A stretch of 63,996 bases of DNA, counting the filler, from Reclinomonas americana ATCC 50394 (taxonomy: Eukaryota), in NCBI GenBank assembly GCA_048213135.1. It is 5 parts of 4 records of this genome, joined end to end, with 100 filler letters (N's around TTAATTAATTAA, not from the genome) between each part and the next. Parts side by side here need not be neighbours in the genome. Positions count along the whole stretch, not along the records: positions 1 to 27,223 come from PS015334.1; 4 more parts are not named here. The stretch is one strand, 5' to 3'. A model generated the notes under the pieces. It was given only the letters and a program-made list of their open reading frames with translations, had not been told where the DNA came from and did not search any database. Below are positions 1 to 12,135 of this stretch, one piece after another; positions within the stretch are counted from its first letter, which is position 1, and each line of letters opens with the position of its first letter. Made by a program: the position numbers and the translations under genes.

Positions 1-15
1 CACGCATGACGCAAC

Positions 16-1009
16 GCCCGACTCCACCAGTTTGCCGCACACAGTGGGGAAGAGAAACGGATTACCGTGCAGCTGCGAGCAGACCTGTTCCAGGAGAATC
101 ACCAGCAGTAGCTCCTTCCGCGGAAGCGCAGCCACATGCAACGACGACGAGGTCGGGCGGTGCGAGGACGCCAACGCAATCTGCGAGTCACTACGCGGGT
201 ACGGCGGTCGTGCAGCAGCACGGTCGGTAGCATGCGACGGAGAGGCCGCCGAGGCCGACGACGACGACGACGATGCAATGTCCACCTCAGCCTGCAGTGT
301 TCGAGTCGAGTCAGTACAATTACAATCCACACAAAGGAGATGTGTGTGTTCGAACCCAGTACGAGGGCGGCGGCAAGCGCGTGTACAGGCTGTCGGTCTT
401 GGTGGCGCCGCCATTGGGCGGCGGTTGTGCGGAAGGCAGTGGCGGAGGCGGAGGTGGCGGCGACGAGGACGACACGGGTGTCGGCGGCATCGGCGAGGTC
501 GCCGCCGCCGAGGACACCGACGAAGAATCGGAGCTGCGACTGCCGCCGACCGAGGCCGTGCGGCCCAGCATCAAGTGGCCGACAAGATCCTGCAGAAACT
601 TCTTCGACCTGGACACATACTGCTGCGTGCTGGAGAGACGCGACGAGATGGCCTCCTCATCCTGCCGACCAATCACCCGCTTCGTTCGACGCCGTCGCTT
701 CCTCAGCGGCGGTGACGACGCCACACGCGGCAACTGCACCGACGCACTATCATCAGTCGCTGTTGTTGTCGTCGTTGTTGCTGTCGTCGACGTGCGCTCT
801 GCATCTGCATCTGCTGCCGCGTCTTCGCCAGTCTGTGACGACGCAGACGACGACGATGATGATGCAGATCGAGTCTGTGTGTGCTGATCAGCGTCTCGCC
901 TACACAAGCCAACGCATGCACACGGCATAGGCGTAACTGTAGACCCCAGAGCCACACGCCGTGCCGGTCGATGCCGATGACGCGCATGATGACGCGACGA
1001 TGCTGACGA
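16..1009 (-). CDS. 5' exons of the HRI-like eIF2alpha kinase on an apparently inverted contig (partial)
   Basis: Spliced minus-strand frame ends RKELLLVILLEQVCSQLHGNPFLFPTVCGKLVESG, then a phase-0 donor at 15; resembles the HRI N-terminal motif (LLLVSLLEHL...FKLLC..F.KMG) and continues as YLSSNDF at 1971 on the + strand. Confidence 0.7.
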
Positions 1010-1970
1010 NNNNNNNNNNNNNNNNNNNNNNNNNNNNNNNNNNNNNNNNNNNNNNNNNNNNNNNNNNNNNNNNNNNNNNNNNNNNNNNNNNNNNNNNNNN
1101 NNNNNNNNNNNNNNNNNNNNNNNNNNNNNNNNNNNNNNNNNNNNNNNNNNNNNNNNNNNNNNNNNNNNNNNNNNNNNNNNNNNNNNNNNNNNNNNNNNNN
1201 NNNNNNNNNNNNNNNNNNNNNNNNNNNNNNNNNNNNNNNNNNNNNNNNNNNNNNNNNNNNNNNNNNNNNNNNNNNNNNNNNNNNNNNNNNNNNNNNNNNN
1301 NNNNNNNNNNNNNNNNNNNNNNNNNNNNNNNNNNNNNNNNNNNNNNNNNNNNNNNNNNNNNNNNNNNNNNNNNNNNNNNNNNNNNNNNNNNNNNNNNNNN
1401 NNNNNNNNNNNNNNNNNNNNNNNNNNNNNNNNNNNNNNNNNNNNNNNNNNNNNNNNNNNNNNNNNNNNNNNNNNNNNNNNNNNNNNNNNNNNNNNNNNNN
1501 NNNNNNNNNNNNNNNNNNNNNNNNNNNNNNNNNNNNNNNNNNNNNNNNNNNNNNNNNNNNNNNNNNNNNNNNNNNNNNNNNNNNNNNNNNNNNNNNNNNN
1601 NNNNNNNNNNNNNNNNNNNNNNNNNNNNNNNNNNNNNNNNNNNNNNNNNNNNNNNNNNNNNNNNNNNNNNNNNNNNNNNNNNNNNNNNNNNNNNNNNNNN
1701 NNNNNNNNNNNNNNNNNNNNNNNNNNNNNNNNNNNNNNNNNNNNNNNNNNNNNNNNNNNNNNNNNNNNNNNNNNNNNNNNNNNNNNNNNNNNNNNNNNNN
1801 NNNNNNNNNNNNNNNNNNNNNNNNNNNNNNNNNNNNNNNNNNNNNNNNNNNNNNNNNNNNNNNNNNNNNNNNNNNNNNNNNNNNNNNNNNNNNNNNNNNN
1901 NNNNNNNNNNNNNNNNNNNNNNTGCCTTGTGTGTTCTGTCTGTCTGCCTGACGTGCTCGTGTCACTGCAG

Positions 1971-4786
1971 TACCTGAGCAGCAACGACTTTCTGAACGAC
2001 TTGCCCGCCATTCGCGAAATGTCTGCCATGTTGGATTTCCGCATGCTGGACGACGACGGTGCCACGATGGCCGCGGCAACTGCCGCCGCCGCTGCTGCTG
2101 CTGCCGCTGGTGCGCCGGACGGTGGCAACGGGCACCGATTCCATCACAACCACCTCCACCACCATCATTTGCACGGTCGACCACCACCGCCACCGTCAGC
2201 GCCAGCACCAGCACCATCGAGCGGTGCGCAGGCAATGTTGAACGCCAATGGCGCACGATTGACTCGCGCCAGCAGCCACGATTCATTTCTGCAGTGCGAG
2301 TCCATTTCGCATTTTGCGTTTGGTGCCGGCGGGGAGCTGCCAATTTCCACCACCGCCGCCGCAGTCGTGCAGCGGCCAATGCCTGCTCCGCAGGGTACGT
2401 TGACGGCCGACATGCGTCCGTCGCGTTATCATGCGGATTTCGTGGAGTTGCGCAAGCTGGGCACCGGAGGTTTCGGAGACGTGTTCGAGGTGGTGCACAA
2501 GGTTGACGGACTGCATTACGCGGTGAAGAAGATCAAGTTTTCTTTCCGCTCGCTCGTCGACTTGGAGCAGTCGTACAAGCGAGTGACACGCGAGGTCAAG
2601 ACGCTGGCGCGCATGGAGCACCCCAACATTGGTTTGTGTGTCTGTGTGCATCATGTGTATCTATGTGCGTTGTGTTTTCCCACTCATTCACACATGCATG
2701 TGTGTGTATAGTTCGCTACCAACATGCTTGGCTGGAGGCGGTGATGGATGGCGACGGAGACTCCACGCACTCTGGGTTGGACTCGCACGATTCGATGGAC
2801 TCGAATCGCACGGACCAGTCGTACTCACGACCCGCGCTGCGACGACTGCCGTCGTTTGGCGCACCGCAAGCAATGCTGACGGCGGCGTTTGGCGGCAGCC
2901 GCGGCAGTCTCACCGGCGGCTTCGGGGGCGATGCTGTCGGCAGTGGAGCCGAGGACGACGCCAGCTCCACTGCGCGGAGCAGTGTGAGTACGCAAGCGAC
3001 GCAGTCGTCGGCCACCTCACCGTCGGTCTCGAGTTCGGTGACGCGCTCCAACAGCATCCTGGGCACTCGGCGCCTGGTTTCCTCACGCAAATCACTGAAA
3101 GCTAGCACTCGCCGCCGTGCTGTGTCGTCGGCTGCCGCGGCTCCGACCGCCAGCGGCAGTGGCGGTGCGCCGACTGCCACTGCTGCTGCACCGGCGTTGC
3201 CTCGAATTGCATCGGAGCAGGAGTGGTGGGAGGTCGGCGGACAGGAGGAGGAAGCTGAGGACGATGACGACGATGAAGATGATGATGATGATGAGGATGA
3301 GGAGGAGGAGGAGGAGGATGAAGAGGAGGAAGAGGATGGAGACGGAGAGCAGGAATCCAGTGAGGAGGAGGTGGGCGTCGAAGTCGAAGACGAAGACGAT
3401 GATGCGGATGATGAGGAGGAGGATGACGATGACGCTGGAGAGGAAGACGAGGAGGAGGAGGAGGAGGAGGAGGAGGAGGAGGAGGACGTGAAGGAGGTCG
3501 TGGATAGAATCGTCAGCGGCGACAAGCAGGAACAAGCTGTTGGCGTATCGGTGGGTACGCCCGGTGTGGTGTCGGCTCCGGCAAGCGACGTGGACAGCGG
3601 CAGTGTGCTCAGCACCGCCCGGGTACTGTTTCCCGACTCGCGACCCATGTCGCTGATGGATACGGTGCCGAGTGTGCCCGTGTTTCTGTCGTCGGCGACG
3701 GCAAAGCCTGTGCAGGACAGTTTGGCGGTTCCTCTCGCTGCCGCGCACCGGCAACCGAGTCCGGCAGGCGACGATCGCAGTCTGTCGCCGTTCGACCCGC
3801 TCGACGCCGGCTTCATGTACTCGGAGGATGGTGGCAAGAGTTCACCCAGCGAGGAGATGTTTGATCAGTTTCAGGAACTCATGCGTGACTTGCGGTCCTC
3901 GGCGGCGTCTTCCGCACCACCCAGTGCTGCTACCACGCTGCCGGTCACAGCTTCCGCTGGCAACGGTGCGTCAGGTGCCGGCAGTCGCGGGCATGGTTCG
4001 CCGGGTGGAGCGTCGGATGGCAGTTCGCCATCTGCCCCCGTCGCCGTTCCATCCAGCTCCGGCAGTGCTCGTTCACAACCCATCAACATTCTTGGCACCA
4101 GCGCGCGCTCCATGCTGTCGTCTTCCAGTTCGTCGGCGCCGTCCAGCCCATTCACCGCGGGTATGTGATCCATATGTCTCTCTCGTTCTCTTACTGCTGA
4201 TGCTGATCAATGGGGGCATTGTGGGCAGAGTACCGCAACAGCTCCTTCAAGGAGCTCATGCGCGACGTCATTGGCGATCAGTCTCAACTTCGGCACGTAT
4301 CGCAACACGGACACAGTCACGGTCACGGACAGCAACGACAGCCACAGCCGCAGCAACCGGGCTCGCCGTCCGCAGCCGCGGCCACGGTCAACAGTGCGCA
4401 GTCACCCAAGTCGCCGAGTGGCAGTCGGTCGGGACTCCTGTCGTCGTCACTGTCGGTACCCGAGTCGCCGTCGAGGCCGCCTCTGGCACCGGGACCGATG
4501 TCACCGCCCAAGTTGCCACCGCGCCCCATGTCAGCATCGTCGCCGAAAATGTCGGCCGCGCCAGTGGCCCCCAATTCGCCTTCCACGTTGGCTCGTGCTT
4601 CGACTCCACCCTCGCCATACGAAGAGGAGTTGGACGACGTGGCCGCCGAGGTGCCACAGCGTGTGTACGGCGGCATCCCGACAACGCCGTCGCCGTCAAC
4701 GCTCTCCGGCCGTGCCTCATTGTTCCCTCCGACTCCCGAAGCCGACCACATGTCGCCGTTGCAGGAGCGCTATCTGCGTGAAAGGA

Positions 4787-4830
<44 letters not shown>

Positions 4831-5747
4831 CAACAGTACGCGCGACACGACGCGCGGATGACGGTCGGTGCATCGGCAGTGTCTGCAGACGACACACCGG
4901 CTGCGGCGTCGAAGCGTCGTATGCCGCCACCCAGTCTCCGACTGCCTGCGGATGCGTTTCGCAACCAGGGCGAGAACGGCGTTGCTGGTCGCGTGATCAG
5001 TTCGCCTGTGGCCTCTGCCATGCACCGTTCGTCGTCGTACGCGCGCTACTGCGGCTCAGCCGATGAGGCCACCACCACCGAGACGGAAAACGATTCGCAA
5101 GGTGACGATGGAGACGACAGTGGTGAGAAGGCGCTGCCGTGTCGTGGCAGGAGGCGCGCTACTGCTGCTGCTGATGATGACGAGAGAGCGACCCAACAAC
5201 GGCAAGCGTCGGTGCGGTCTCATCCAGTTGCGTGTGTTGAGCTGTGTGTGCTTGTTGAGTTGTCAAGTGTCGAAATCACATGTGTGTCGCCGCAGCCACA
5301 TCAGCCGTCGCATGATGCGGCCGGCGATGACGACGTGCTTGCCACAACGGCAGCGTACCGAGTTGAATCGGTGTCGTCGCAGGCCGAGTCAGAGGCGTCG
5401 CCGTCGGGTGGTGGCTCTCACCTGCACGAGCTGCCGAGCCACCCCAGTATCGTCCTGAACGATCTGTACAATCCACGCAAGCAGCGATTCGAGTTGATGC
5501 TGTACATTCAGATGCAACTCTGCTCGGCGCACACACTGGAGAACTATCTGGTGCGCGCCCGTTTGCCATATGTGTATGTTTGTGTGTTGCGTGGCCCGGA
5601 CTGATCATCTGCGATGCACCACCCATTAGCAGCGCTCGGATGTGCGGCCGCCGCGCTCTGTACAGTGGTCCATTTTCCGACAGATCGTGGACGGATTGCA
5701 GCACATTCACTGCCGCGGAGTGATTCATCGGTACGCTTGTGTACTCT

Positions 5748-5779
<32 letters not shown>

Positions 5780-6700
5780 TGTTGTTTGTGCGATGGATGA
5801 TGTCTCATGCCCCTTGTTCCTGTGCAGTGATCTGAAACCAGGCAACATCTTCCTGATGACGCCGAACGGGAGTCCCGGAGAGAGCCCGTTGGAGGGTGGA
5901 TCGGCGGCCGAGTTTCTCATCAAGATCGGCGACTTTGGCTTGTCCAAGCTGTTGCACGAGATCGACGGTTGGTAGAGAGGCCAGAGTGTTGAGTTCTTCC
6001 GTGAGACTCACAACTTCGCAGAGGATGCGCTGGACAATGGCGGTGTCATTGGCACGAGCGCGTACCAGCTTGCTCTCCGTCGGCACACGGGTGACATTGG
6101 GACAACGCTGTACGCCAGTCCGGAGCAACTGGCTGGCGCCTCGTATGGGCAAGCCACCGACATTTTCTCGTTGGGAGTGATTCTGTTGGAGCTGCTGTGT
6201 CGCTTCGGCACAGGCAGTGAGCGCATCCGGGTGCTGACGGACCTACGCCGTGGCGTACTGCCCACACGATTGTGTGAAGAGTGTCCGGTGGAGACTGGAC
6301 TCGTGCGCAAATGCGTGGCCAAGAATCCTGCTCAGCGGCCCACAGCCGCCGAGATCTTGGCCATGATCGACGACTACGAAGAGAAGGAGCGTGAAAAGGT
6401 CCGCGGGTTCTTTCTTCGAGTGTGTTCGTATGTGTAACAATGTTGTTAACTGAGCGTGTGTGTCGTCGACATTGTCCAGGTGCTGGAACGACGTTTCCGC
6501 TCCGAGATGGAGGAAAAAGATCGACTGATTCGTTCGCAAGGTGATGAGATTGAGCGCTTGCTCGAACGTCTCCGTCAGCTCGAGTCCGGTGGTGCTGGCA
6601 AGCATATTGTTGCGTCCCTTCCAAGCGCAGCAGAGGAGCGTGGTGTGCATGGCTCACTTTTGCTTTTCCTCGATAATTGCAGTCGCCGCCGGCCACGTGA
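1971..6700 (+). CDS. eIF2alpha kinase, HRI/EIF2AK1-like, multi-exon, with very long low-complexity kinase insert and C-terminal coiled coil
   Basis: SRYHADFVELRKLGTGGFGDV, YAVKKI, HPNIVRYQHAWLE, LYIQMQLC, IHRDLKPGNIF, IKIGDFGLS, HTGDIGTTLYASPEQ, DIFSLGVIL, assembled through phase-consistent GT-AG introns. The last exon boundary is less certain. Confidence 0.88.
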
Positions 6701-6813
6701 CCACAAAAGAATAACAATAACAGTGTCAATAAAGTACATTTGTATGTGTAACAAGATCGGCGACGATCTCTCTCTATGTCTAACTTACAACACCAAGGAT
6801 TAAAAAAGAGTGC

Positions 6814-8856
6814 TCAACGCCAGCCGCGACGGTCGAGGACGGCACGACTGAGCGATGACGCCTTGACACCCGGCGCCGGGCAGTACTCGACCTCAAAGTC
6901 TTCGCTGTCGGTGGTGCACGCCGACGACTCACTGCCGATGGACATGCGACGCTTGTCTGGGGCCTGTGGCTTGTTGTTGGCGACTGCAGAGCTGGTGGCC
7001 GCAACATTCGGCAGCGGCTTCTTCTTGTCGCCAAATGCCGACGGCCTGGCAGGCGATAATTGCGGCAGAGGGAGCGGCGTCGAAGCGGCAAGCGGGGTCG
7101 ACGAGAGCGGCCGGAGGGCAGGTAGTGGACTGAGATGAGACGGTGGCGGGATCACCAGTCGACTGCGGCCGTCCATGACCGCGCCGCTATCGTTGTTGAC
7201 GCTGTGGCTGTTTGTCGCAATCGGCTGCAATGGCAACGACGGCAACGCGGACAGTGCCCGCGACTCCTCCGACAGTGGGAACGTCATGCGCGGGTACACG
7301 TGATGTGCGGGCCGGTGCGGCGACGTATGCTGCGACGACGACACCGATCCGGTGGCCCCGCGGTGACTGTCATCGTCGTCGCGCCAGTCGATGCTGCCAG
7401 AGTTTAGCGAGCCGGCTGGACTGTCGGCATCTGACCCACCGCCAGCGCCACAAGCGTCCAAATTCACCGAGCGTGCAAACGTGGCCTTGGTGCTGCTCAC
7501 GGAGATTGTCGGCGTGTGCGCACTGCGGTCTGTGTCCATGTCGAAATTGTTCATCATCGACATGGCCACGGCGGCCGCAGCAGCAGCATCACGACTGCTA
7601 TCGACAGCAACAACGCCAGTGGTGGGCAGGCCATATAGACCGCCGGCACCCCTGGCCGAGAGGGCGAGTGGCGGAACCAGTGGGTGTGCCGGATTCGCAC
7701 GCTGGCGAGTCGGCGCGGCTGCCGACGCGTCGAGACTCTGATCCAGTTGCTGCTGCAAGGCCGCGCGCCGCTGTCTTCGTGACGACGCCGACGGCGATCC
7801 GACCACCGGCACCCGCCGAGGCGTTTTGGCGCCCGAGGTGGAACCCGACCACCGCGACGACGTTGGTGCCGACGACACTGGCGAGCCGGAGATAATGTCT
7901 TCGCTGTCAAAGGTGGCCAGGTCGCGCAGACTCGGCGTGTGCTCCAGAGAAATGCGATTGAACGACACTCGCCGCTTGGAGCGCATCCGACTGGAGCCGC
8001 CGCCGCCACCGAGCGCATTCGGTGCATCGGTGCTCGACGCAAACATGGAGTCGGCCGGCACCGATATCGCCTGCGAGAAGGCCGCAGTGCCGTTCACCGG
8101 CAGTGCCAGCATCGCGTCACTCGACTGATGGTGCCTGCGGTGACCGCCAACTGAAGACGGCGGTGGAGTGGTGAGAAGTTGCGAAAGTTGTAGTGTTGGT
8201 GGTGTTGGTGGTGGTGGCGGAAGTGGCGGTGGATGTTGTTGCTGCTGTTGCTGTTGCGCAGCCACTTGCTGCAGCTGTGCGGATGAACCAAAAGCGCTGG
8301 AGCACGTGCTCGACGAGGCCGTCTCCTCAATCAGCACCTCCCGCAAACTCGGACGTCGTGCACCGCCATAATACAGCTGCTTGGTACTGAACGCACGACT
8401 GCCGCCGCTGACAGCGTGTGCAACATCGGCGCTCAACTCGACCGTGGGTATCGCCATTGCGGTGTCGTGCGACGCAGGCAGCAGCGACAGTGATGGCGTC
8501 ATCACCACGCGGGTGGCGGCGGCAAACGCGGCAGCCTCAGTGGCGGCGGTTGTGGTCCCTCTCCTGTCCACCTTCCGCCGCTCTTTCCGAGTCGAGGCCG
8601 TGGAGATGGTCGACACTGTAGGCGCTCCAGCTTCTGGCGGCAGGCGTGGTGACGACTCGGCCGGCGACTTGGACGGGTCGGAGACTTGTGACGAAGACGA
8701 CGACGACGATGACGATGAGGATGAGGACCCTGACGAGAAGCCCGTGTACGAGGCGGCGAGGTCAAAGAACCCCGTGCGCTCGGTGCCCACAGTGGGAGCC
8801 GAGATAGTGCCCATCGCGCTGGCCGATTCACCACGGGTAGCACCAGTGCCCGCCAT
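6814..8856 (-). CDS. Ser/Ala/Pro-rich low-complexity hypothetical protein, apparently single exon
   Basis: Uninterrupted ORF of about 680 codons from ATG at 8856, convergent with the kinase; no recognisable domain. Confidence 0.6.
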   Translation of the reverse strand: MAGTGATRGESASAMGTISAPTVGTERTGFFDLAASYTGFSSGSSSSSSSSSSSSSQVSDPSKSPAESSPRLPPEAGAPTVSTISTASTRKERRKVDRRGTTTAATEAAAFAAATRVVMTPSLSLLPASHDTAMAIPTVELSADVAHAVSGGSRAFSTKQLYYGGARRPSLREVLIEETASSSTCSSAFGSSAQLQQVAAQQQQQQQHPPPLPPPPPTPPTLQLSQLLTTPPPSSVGGHRRHHQSSDAMLALPVNGTAAFSQAISVPADSMFASSTDAPNALGGGGGSSRMRSKRRVSFNRISLEHTPSLRDLATFDSEDIISGSPVSSAPTSSRWSGSTSGAKTPRRVPVVGSPSASSRRQRRAALQQQLDQSLDASAAAPTRQRANPAHPLVPPLALSARGAGGLYGLPTTGVVAVDSSRDAAAAAAVAMSMMNNFDMDTDRSAHTPTISVSSTKATFARSVNLDACGAGGGSDADSPAGSLNSGSIDWRDDDDSHRGATGSVSSSQHTSPHRPAHHVYPRMTFPLSEESRALSALPSLPLQPIATNSHSVNNDSGAVMDGRSRLVIPPPSHLSPLPALRPLSSTPLAASTPLPLPQLSPARPSAFGDKKKPLPNVAATSSAVANNKPQAPDKRRMSIGSESSACTTDSEDFEVEYCPAPGVKASSLSRAVLDRRGWR

Positions 8857-9615
8857 CCACTTGTTGTGCTTGCGGCTGTCGACACTGGTGGTTCGGGTCG
8901 CTCTGGTGGACACCACGTATGCGTTGCTGTGTGGGAGGGGAAAGCGAGGTGAGCTGCCGCGGAGGATGTGTGGAGGGGAGTTTGACGAGGAAAAGCGGTC
9001 CTCCCCCCGGGAAAGCCGGGGATCGTCTCGGAACAAAAAACTGTCGACAGGGGGGAAACGCACCTGGCTTCTGTCGGCATCACGCGTGACCGTGATTGGG
9101 CACCACCGCCGCCACAACAGGGCGCGCCTCTTGACGTGCACGATCCCATGTGGGTGAGACACACCGAGAAAAACCAGTGTGCTGAACTTGGGCCACGACG
9201 ACGACAACAACAACAACAGCCTGTTTTTTGTGGCACGACAGAATGATCAGCACCACTGTGCTGTTGTCGGCCTGGAGAGAGACACGAACGCACACACCTC
9301 TACTGCTGTTGCAGTGTTGCGACGCAGACAACACACCCTTTCTCGCAAATCACAACGAAATTCACTGATGACTCATAGTATTGCAACGAATAAATTCTGT
9401 ATCACAGCACGCACCTGTGCGCAGCAAGCAATCGTGAGATACAGCACAGAGCTGGGGCAATGGGGAGTATCACGACGAAGAACAAAGAAGTGTGCTCAGA
9501 CACAGCCAAGAGTCGACGTGAATTCGCTCACACTTGAGTCGGTCGTACTGTCTTTTTAATCCCCGCACTCTCTCTCTCTGCCTATTCGTGGGTGCCCCGT
9601 GTCAACAATGCTCAC

Positions 9616-9667
9616 CTTCGAATGAGAACACAATCTTGGAGAGGGGGACTTCCAGTTCCTGCTGCTG
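9616..9667 (-). CDS. Isolated exon fragment, possibly a SUMO/Rad60-like ubiquitin fold
   Basis: AG-flanked frame QQELEVPLSKIVFSFE(G) followed by a GTGAG donor; F.FEG recalls SUMO-like domains. The rest lies in the gap or is unresolved. Confidence 0.25.
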
Positions 9668-10099
9668 CGCGCGCAAGGCACATGTGAACCATGCATGACA
9701 CACACACGATGGGACTGNNNNNNNNNNNNNNNNNNNNNNNNNNNNNNNNNNNNNNNNNNNNNNNNNNNNNNNNNNNNNNNNNNNNNNNNNNNNNNNNNNN
9801 NNNNNNNNNNNNNNNNNNNNNNNNNNNNNNNNNNNNNNNNNNNNNNNNNNNNNNNNNNNNNNNNNNNNNNNNNNNNNNNNNNNNNNNNNNNNNNNNNNNN
9901 NNNNNNNNNNNNNNNNNNNNNNNNNNNNNNNNNNNNNNNNNNNNNNNNNNNNNNNNNNNNNNNNNNNNNNNNNNNNNNNNNNNNNNNNNNNNNNNNNNNN
10001 NNNNNNNNNNNNNNNNNNNNNNNNNNNNNNNNNNNNNNNNNNNNNNNNNNNNNNNNNNNNNNNNNNNNNNNNNNNNNNNNNNNNTTTGCATACATGCAG

Positions 10100-10569
10100 G
10101 TGGTCGTACGATTTGAGTGCGGCAAACGCCGCCGTCCCGCTCCTGTTCAACACCACCACTGGCATTCTCATTCCACCACTGCCCACGGATCGGCACTCGG
10201 GACTCGTTGCGTCGCCCCGCAGCGTGGTAGTTTTTACACAGTGACCAGCCCTCACCTTCTCTCCTCCTTCAGACCGAGTTTGTGTACTACGTGTTCGCGC
10301 CGTTGCTGCCGCAGAGCAAGGTCTTCTTGCTGGGCGAGACGGCCAAGATCGCCACCGTGAGCGAGCAGCGGATCGTGTCCATCAGTGACACGGCCGCGCA
10401 GCTGCGCGTGCAAGTGCGCGGCGAGATGGGCGAGTCGGTGCAGCTGACATTCACCACGCCCGGCAGCCAGCTGGCCGCTGTATTTTCGAAGAATTGTGTG
10501 ATTCCACCGAATCAGAGCACAGTGGCGTTTGTGGTGCAAGCCGGCACACGCACAGTTTCTTGCCAGTGA
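10100..10569 (+). CDS. 3' exons of the glycoside hydrolase-like gene on an apparently inverted contig
   Basis: WSYDLSAA...|TEFVYYVFAPLLPQSKVFLLGETAKIATVSEQRIVSIS...SCQ*; acceptor phase matches the donor at 12135 on the - strand. Confidence 0.72.
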
Positions 10570-10860
10570 CACAACCGTTTCTGTAAAACTCGACCCTTGT
10601 ACGTACGGTAGACAATGACGTGGCGCATTCGAGACCCCTCTTGGCAATTCGCGCGCCCATCATCGCAACCCCTGTTCGCTCGCGCCATCCTGTCCATCAA
10701 CAAGTTTTCGCGCTTTTCAGAGACTTCGTCGTCCCCCCTCAACCTACTCACCCATCAGGTCAGTGTTTCCCGCGCACATCCACTCTTTGTGTGTGTGAGC
10801 ATGGCAACTGAAAGGAGTGATGGGTGTTGTGTGTGCGCGTGTGTGAAAAAAACAGTCGTC

Positions 10861-11447
<587 letters not shown>

Positions 11448-12135
11448 GCGTCTCCTCCCCCTCTGCTCTGGCAGTCCTGATGTCCATCCACTCCCTTCCC
11501 CCCTCTATCTCTATCCACACCTCTCTTGTTTGTGTGCTGCTGTGCCGCATGCGTGCCTCATCGTTGACGCGCGTGTTGGTGCACTGTGCCGACAAGAACC
11601 GGGCAGCCTGAGACAACTGGGCCGATTGTGATGATCGTGCTCGGTGTCTCGTGGCTTCTCTCTCCCTTTCTTACTGGCGTTTCTGAACGCCACTCCCCCC
11701 ATGTCACCGAGAGAATNNNNNNNNNNNNNNNNNNNNNNNNNNNNNNNNNNNNNNNNNNNNNNNNNNNNNNNNNNNNNNNNNNNNNNNNNNNNNNNNNNNN
11801 NNNNNNNNNNNNNNNNNNNNNNNNNNNNNNNNNNNNNNNNNNNNNNNNNNNNNNNNNNNNNNNNNNNNNNNNNNNNNNNNNNNNNNNNNNNNNNNNNNNN
11901 NNNNNNNNNNNNNNNNNNNNNNNNNNNNNNNNNNNNNNNNNNNNNNNNNNNNNNNNNNNNNNNNNNNNNNNNNNNNNNNNNNNNNNNNNNNNNNNNNNNN
12001 NNNNNNNNNNNNNNNNNNNNNNNNNNNNNNNNNNNNNNNNNNNNNNNNNNNNNNNNNNNNNNNNNNNNNNNNNNNNNNNNNNNNNNNNTTCAACAAGCTG
12101 CACAACTCTTGCACTGCAGTGTGCGCACAGTGTAC

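Noticed and set aside
2716..3837. Long antisense and N-spanning ORFs in the ORF track
   Set aside because: Shadows of GC-rich low-complexity coding sequence, microsatellites or gaps.
10706..10713. E2F-like TTTCGCGC upstream of histone H3
   Set aside because: Short motif, expected by chance in GC-rich DNA.
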